In this document: positions 59,738 to 64,000 of the stretch, piece after piece | Layout: each line of letters opens with the position of its first letter | Position numbering within the stretch: the first letter of the stretch is position 1 | NCBI GenBank assembly: GCA_038320555.1 | Contig: JBBQEJ010000003.1 | Span: 10,587-74,586 of the forward strand | DNA length: 64,000 nt | Reading direction: 5' to 3' | Source of the DNA: Vicinamibacterales bacterium | GTDB taxonomy: Bacteria; Acidobacteriota; Vicinamibacteria; Vicinamibacterales; 2-12-FULL-66-21 | The notes under the pieces: model-generated | Seen by the model: the letters and a program-made list of their open reading frames with translations, nothing else | Database searches by the model: none | What the model was told of the DNA's origin: nothing | Translations under genes and position numbers: made by a program

Positions 59738-60169
59738 TTACGGATGCGCGATCGTGACGGTGAAATTGACGGGCGTCGCCGTGACCTTTCCAGTGTCGTA
59801 GACACGAGCACAGAGGCTCGCCGCAGACGTCACCGTGCCCGTGACCACTGCCGTCTGAGTGGCGGCGTCGTTGGCGATCACGATCTGGCAGGCGGATCCG
59901 GTCCAGGTGCCCAGGCTCAACCCGATGGGCAGGGTTGCGTCTCCGCTCACCGAGGTCAGAGTCAGCGTGATGGTACCGGCCGCCGTGGCCGTAAACGGAA
60001 ATGTTCCGGCGCCATTCATGTTCAGCGTGCCCGTGAACGTTTCGGTCACCGTCGGCGTCGTGGTGGTAGTGGTGGTCGGAGTCGTGACAGTCGTGTTGTT
60101 GCTACTGCCGCAGCCTGCCGAGGTCGTGGCGAGCGCGAGCAGCAAGATCCCTGGTAGCAAACGGCGCAT
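59738..60169 (-). CDS. Small Thr-rich lipoprotein with a beta-sandwich (PPC-like) domain
   Basis: AAGGAGAGG RBS; MRRLLPGILLLALATTSAG-C lipobox; two further Cys. Confidence 0.85.
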   Translation of the reverse strand: MRRLLPGILLLALATTSAGCGSSNNTTVTTPTTTTTTTPTVTETFTGTLNMNGAGTFPFTATAAGTITLTLTSVSGDATLPIGLSLGTWTGSACQIVIANDAATQTAVVTGTVTSAASLCARVYDTGKVTATPVNFTVTIAHP

Positions 60170-60204
60170 TTCCTCTCCTTGAAGATCAAAAGGGCGAGCT
60201 TCCA

Positions 60205-60220
60205 AGCAACAGGCATTCCG
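60205..60220 (-). promoter_or_regulatory. Putative sigma-54 promoter of the lipoprotein gene
   Basis: Minus strand CGGAATGCCTGTTGCT (GG-N10-GC), 35 nt upstream of the ATG. Confidence 0.5.
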
Positions 60221-60355
60221 CATCGCCCTTCCAATAATACGTCGTAAACCACCCTGGCACCTCGGCCGCCGTCTCCGTCTGGTGACTTCGTGACGTGGAT
60301 CGAGGACGATGGGCAGGGGCGCGGCCTCCATCTGATAGACTTCTTTTCTTCGCGC

Positions 60356-61192
60356 ATGAGCAAAATCGGTCTCATCGCCGGCAACGGCAGATTTCCCTTT
60401 CTCGTGCTGCAGGGGGCTCGCAGCCTGGGCCACGACGTCACGATTGTGGCAATCAAGGAAGAGGCGTTCCCCGATCTCGAGGGATCGGCGAGAGAGGCGC
60501 GGGCCGGCTTTCACTGGGTCTCGCTCGGTCAGCTTGGCGCGTGCATCAGGATTCTCAAAGCGGCCGGCGTCTCGCAGGCCGTGATGGCCGGCCAGGTCAA
60601 GCACGTGAAGATCTTCTCCGGCATCATGCCGGATCGCGCGCTGCTGTCGGTGCTGACACGGCTCAGGGCGCGGAATACGGATGCCCTGATCTCGGCCGTC
60701 GCCGACGTCATGCGCAAGGAAGGGATCGAACTGCTCGATTCAACGACGTTCCTGCAGCCACTGCTCGCGGGTGCCGGCACGTTGACCGAGCGGATGCCGA
60801 ACGAGGAGGAACATGAGGATTTCGCATTTGGTTACCGCATGGCGGACGCCATTGCCGCGCTCGACATCGGCCAGACCATTGCGGTAAAGCACAAGGCCGT
60901 GGTTGCCGTCGAAGCGATGGAGGGAACCGACGAGGTCATCGGCCGGGCGGGGCATCTGGCGGGCCCGGGTGTGCGGGTCGTCAAAGTCGCAAAGCCGAAG
61001 CAGGACATGCGTTTCGACGTGCCGGTCATCGGGATCGCCACCATTCAGGCCATGCGCGTTGCGGGCGCCTCTGCGCTGTCGGTCGATGCCGAGCGCACAC
61101 TCGTGCTCGACGGCGAGCATGTGATCGCTTCGGCGAACGAAGCCGGCATCGCGATCATCGGTCGGCCGCGGAGCGATCAACGTGCCGGGTGA
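60356..61192 (+). CDS. lpxI: UDP-2,3-diacylglucosamine diphosphatase LpxI
   Basis: [39 protein letters not shown]. Confidence 0.94.
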   Translation: MSKIGLIAGNGRFPFLVLQGARSLGHDVTIVAIKEEAFPDLEGSAREARAGFHWVSLGQLGACIRILKAAGVSQAVMAGQVKHVKIFSGIMPDRALLSVLTRLRARNTDALISAVADVMRKEGIELLDSTTFLQPLLAGAGTLTERMPNEEEHEDFAFGYRMADAIAALDIGQTIAVKHKAVVAVEAMEGTDEVIGRAGHLAGPGVRVVKVAKPKQDMRFDVPVIGIATIQAMRVAGASALSVDAERTLVLDGEHVIASANEAGIAIIGRPRSDQRAG

Positions 61193-62114
61193 TCGCATTC
61201 GTGTCGCCGTGATCGGCGTCGGGCACCTCGGGCGGCATCACGCACGCATCCTGAGCGGCATGGAAGGAGCGGAGCTTGTCGCGGTCGTCGACACGGATCC
61301 GGAGCGCGCCGCGGCGGCATCGTCGGCGACCGGGGCGCCGGCGCACGGAGACTTCCGCGAGATCATGGGCGGAGTGGACGCGGTGACGGTCGCCGTGCCC
61401 ACCGAGCGTCACCGGGACGTTGCGCTGCCGTTTCTCGAGCGCGGCACAGCGGTTCTGGTCGAGAAACCGATGGCGCGGTCGCTGACCGAGGCTGACGAGC
61501 TGGTCGCGGCGTCGCGCGCGTCCGGCGCGACGCTTGCCGTGGGCCAGACCGAGCGATACAACCCTGCGGTCGCCGCCGTGATGCCGCTGGTCACCTCGCC
61601 GCGGTTCATCGAGGTGCACCGGCTTGGCGCGTTTCCCGACCGAAGCCTCGACATCGACGTCGTCTTCGACCTGATGATTCACGATCTCGATATCATTCTC
61701 GCGCTCGTGCGATCGGAGGTCGAGTCGATCGAGGCGGTCGGGGTGCCGGTGCTGACGTCGAAGTACGATATTGCCAACGCCCGGCTCCGCTTCGCGTCGG
61801 GCTGCATCGCAAACGTGACGGCCAGCCGGATCAGTAGAGAACGCGTGCGGAAGATCCGCTTTTTCCAGCCAGACGCCTACCTGTCGATCGATTACGCGGC
61901 GCAGGAGGTCGAGGGATGGCGGCTCGTGCGGCGCGACGGCGCGCGTCCCGGGATCGAAGGCGGCCCGCTGCCCGTCGCGCGCGATGAGCCGCTGCGGCGC
62001 GAGCTCGCCGATTTCATCCGCGCCGTGCGCACGAAGACCGCGCCGCTCGTCGACGGCGACGCCGGCCGCCGCGCACTGGAATTGGCAACGCGGGTTGCCG
62101 AGAAAATGGGATGA
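61182..62114 (+). CDS. Gfo/Idh/MocA oxidoreductase (GnnA-like)
   Basis: [33 protein letters not shown]; overlaps lpxI. Confidence 0.88.
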   Translation: MPGDRIRVAVIGVGHLGRHHARILSGMEGAELVAVVDTDPERAAAASSATGAPAHGDFREIMGGVDAVTVAVPTERHRDVALPFLERGTAVLVEKPMARSLTEADELVAASRASGATLAVGQTERYNPAVAAVMPLVTSPRFIEVHRLGAFPDRSLDIDVVFDLMIHDLDIILALVRSEVESIEAVGVPVLTSKYDIANARLRFASGCIANVTASRISRERVRKIRFFQPDAYLSIDYAAQEVEGWRLVRRDGARPGIEGGPLPVARDEPLRRELADFIRAVRTKTAPLVDGDAGRRALELATRVAEKMG

Positions 62115-62145
62115 GCTGACAGCCGGAAGCTGGAAGCTGTTAATA

Positions 62146-63597
62146 ATGTTCAACGATCTGAACGAATTCCTCGCCGCGCTCGACAGGGAACGCGAACTGG
62201 CCCGGATCGCCGATCCGGTGAGCCCCGACTTGGAGATCTGCGCGGTGACCGATCGTGTATCCAAGTCTCCCGGCGGCGGGCCGGCCTTGTTATTCGAACG
62301 GCCCGCCGGCTTCGACATGCCGGTCGCACTCAACCTGTTCGGGTCCATGAAGCGGATCTGCATGGCGCTCGGCGTCCGCACGCTCGACGATCTCGCGCGC
62401 GAGATCGAAGACTTGACCACGCCGAAAATCCCCGCCGGGATGCTCGACGCGTTGAAGATGTTGCCGACGATCAACCGGCTGCGCGATTTGATGCCGAAGA
62501 CCGTGTCCGACGCGCCGTGCCAGGAAGTCGTCAGCCTCGACGGGTCGCTGGATGACTTTCCGATCCTCAAGTGCTGGCCCGAGGACGGCGGCCGCTACAT
62601 TACCCTCCCGCTCGTCTTTACGAGGGATCCGGAAACCGGCGTGCGGAACATCGGCACGTACCGGATGCAGGTCTTCGACGGCCGATCCACCGGCATGCAC
62701 TGGCAGCGGCACAAGGGCGGCGCCCAGCATTACCGGATCGCCGAGCGTCTGAACACACGCATGCCTGTCGCGGTGGCGCTCGGTCCGGATCCCGCGTTGA
62801 CCTATGCCGCCACGGCGCCCATGCCCGAAGGGCTCGACGAGCTGATGCTCGCGGGATTTCTGCGGCGCGAGCGGATGGAGCTCGTCAAGTGCGTCACGAT
62901 CGACCTCGAGGTGCCGGCAAACGCGCAGATCATCCTCGAAGGCTATGTCGAACCTGGTGAGCGGCGCCTCGAAGGCCCCTTCGGCGATCACACTGGCTTC
63001 TACTCGCATCTCGACGAGTACCCCGTGTTTCACGTGACGTGCATCACGCGGCGAAAGCGCCCCGTGTATCTCACAACCGTCGTGGGCATTCCGCCGATGG
63101 AGGACTACTATCTCGGATTGGCGAGCGAGCGTATTTTCCTGCCGCTCATCCGCAAGACGCTTCCCGAGATCGTCGACATGCACTTTCCGGCGGCCGGTAT
63201 TTTTCACAACATTGTCCTCGTCTCGATCGACAAGCGGTACCCTGGCCACGCCCGCAAGATCATGAACGCGTTCTGGGGGCTCGGCCAGCTGATGTTCTCG
63301 AAAACAATCATCGTCGTCGACAAGGACGTCGACGTGCAGAACGAAGCGGAGGTCGCCTGGATCGTCGGCACGCATTACGATCCCGAGCGCGACGTCCAGT
63401 TCACGCGCGGACCTGTGGACGATCTCGAAGACGCCAGCGATCTCGCGGCCTACGGCAGCAAGATGGGCATTGACGCGACGCGCAAGTGGGCCTCCGAGGG
63501 ATTCACGCGACCGTGGCCGACACGGATCGCCACGAGCGCGGCCGCGGCCGTCAAGGCCGAGGCGATCTGGCAGAAGATTCGACAGGGATGGAAATGA
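62146..63597 (+). CDS. UbiD-family (menaquinone/futalosine pathway) prFMN decarboxylase
   Basis: GPALLFE, WPEDGGRYIT, NIGTYR, EGPFGDHTGFY, GSKMGIDAT. Confidence 0.92.
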   Translation: MFNDLNEFLAALDRERELARIADPVSPDLEICAVTDRVSKSPGGGPALLFERPAGFDMPVALNLFGSMKRICMALGVRTLDDLAREIEDLTTPKIPAGMLDALKMLPTINRLRDLMPKTVSDAPCQEVVSLDGSLDDFPILKCWPEDGGRYITLPLVFTRDPETGVRNIGTYRMQVFDGRSTGMHWQRHKGGAQHYRIAERLNTRMPVAVALGPDPALTYAATAPMPEGLDELMLAGFLRRERMELVKCVTIDLEVPANAQIILEGYVEPGERRLEGPFGDHTGFYSHLDEYPVFHVTCITRRKRPVYLTTVVGIPPMEDYYLGLASERIFLPLIRKTLPEIVDMHFPAAGIFHNIVLVSIDKRYPGHARKIMNAFWGLGQLMFSKTIIVVDKDVDVQNEAEVAWIVGTHYDPERDVQFTRGPVDDLEDASDLAAYGSKMGIDATRKWASEGFTRPWPTRIATSAAAAVKAEAIWQKIRQGWK

Positions 63598-64000
63598 TCT
63601 CCGACAGCGAAGCGCAGGAGATGCTCGAAAGCCGGGACCTGATCTCGATCGGCGTCAGGGCCGACGATCTGCGCCGACGTCTGCACGGCGCGCGGACGAC
63701 CTTCGTTCGTGTGTTCGAACTGCCCGTCGACAGGCCGCCGGCATCGCGGCCTTCGGGAACCTCGGCGGGCGAATTCAGGATTGTCGGGCGGCCCGCGTCG
63801 CTCGACGCGGCGATTGCCGCCGTGCGCAGTGCGTCACGCATCGCCGGCGACGTGCCCGTCACGGGATTGTCGCTCGTTGATCTGCTCGCGCTCGACGGGG
63901 CACCGTCGCTTGCCGCCGCCTGCCGTGCCTTGAGAGAGGCCGGGCTCGAGGCAATCGCGGCGGTACCGCTCGATCGTCTGGACGATCCCGGCGTGGCGAT
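63594..64000 (+). CDS. MqnC/MqnE(CofH)-like protein lacking the CxxxCxxC motif; runs off the window end
   Basis: ATGA overlap with the ubiD stop; manual translation MISDSEAQEMLESRDLISIGVRADDLRRRLHGARTTFVRVF..AGEFRIVG..VTGLSLVDL..RALREAGLEAIA. Confidence 0.7.
   Translation, partial: MISDSEAQEMLESRDLISIGVRADDLRRRLHGARTTFVRVFELPVDRPPASRPSGTSAGEFRIVGRPASLDAAIAAVRSASRIAGDVPVTGLSLVDLLALDGAPSLAAACRALREAGLEAIAAVPLDRLDDPGVA

Noticed and set aside
59738-60604. 288-aa version of the minus-strand ORF
   Set aside because: Its 5' half is antisense to lpxI; the SD, signal peptide and lipobox support a start at 60169.

Overview
High-GC, gene-dense chromosomal segment. Gene content (clpC-bamA-skp, VWA-domain protein, DUF2911, valS-nadC-birA-coaX) points to an acidobacterium, probably Vicinamibacteria-like; this is inference. 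About 60 CDSs are mostly housekeeping: ValRS/ArgRS/LysRS, prfB with its programmed +1 frameshift, PBP1A, dnaK-dnaJ-hspR, hemW, lolC/E-lolD, clpC, bamA, lipid A genes and a menaquinone-pathway UbiD. I found no rRNA, tRNA, CRISPR array, transposase or prophage. The main unexplained signal is non-coding. Many intergenic gaps contain short-unit (7-9 nt) degenerate tandem arrays, usually followed by their own reverse complement, and the unit sequence differs between loci. There are also several GTAG/GTGG-type REP palindrome families; copies of the main family carry duplicated half-sites and some supply stop codons. Notable coding features: an acyl-CoA mutase with the isobutyryl-CoA mutase (Phe/Gln) signature, a RomR-like regulator next to valS, a FabZ-LpxA fusion, a DnaJ with HPD changed to HPG, a decayed sigma-70 gene, a frameshifted collagen-like surface protein behind a sigma-54 promoter, and an MqnC/MqnE-like ORF lacking the radical-SAM cysteine motif.
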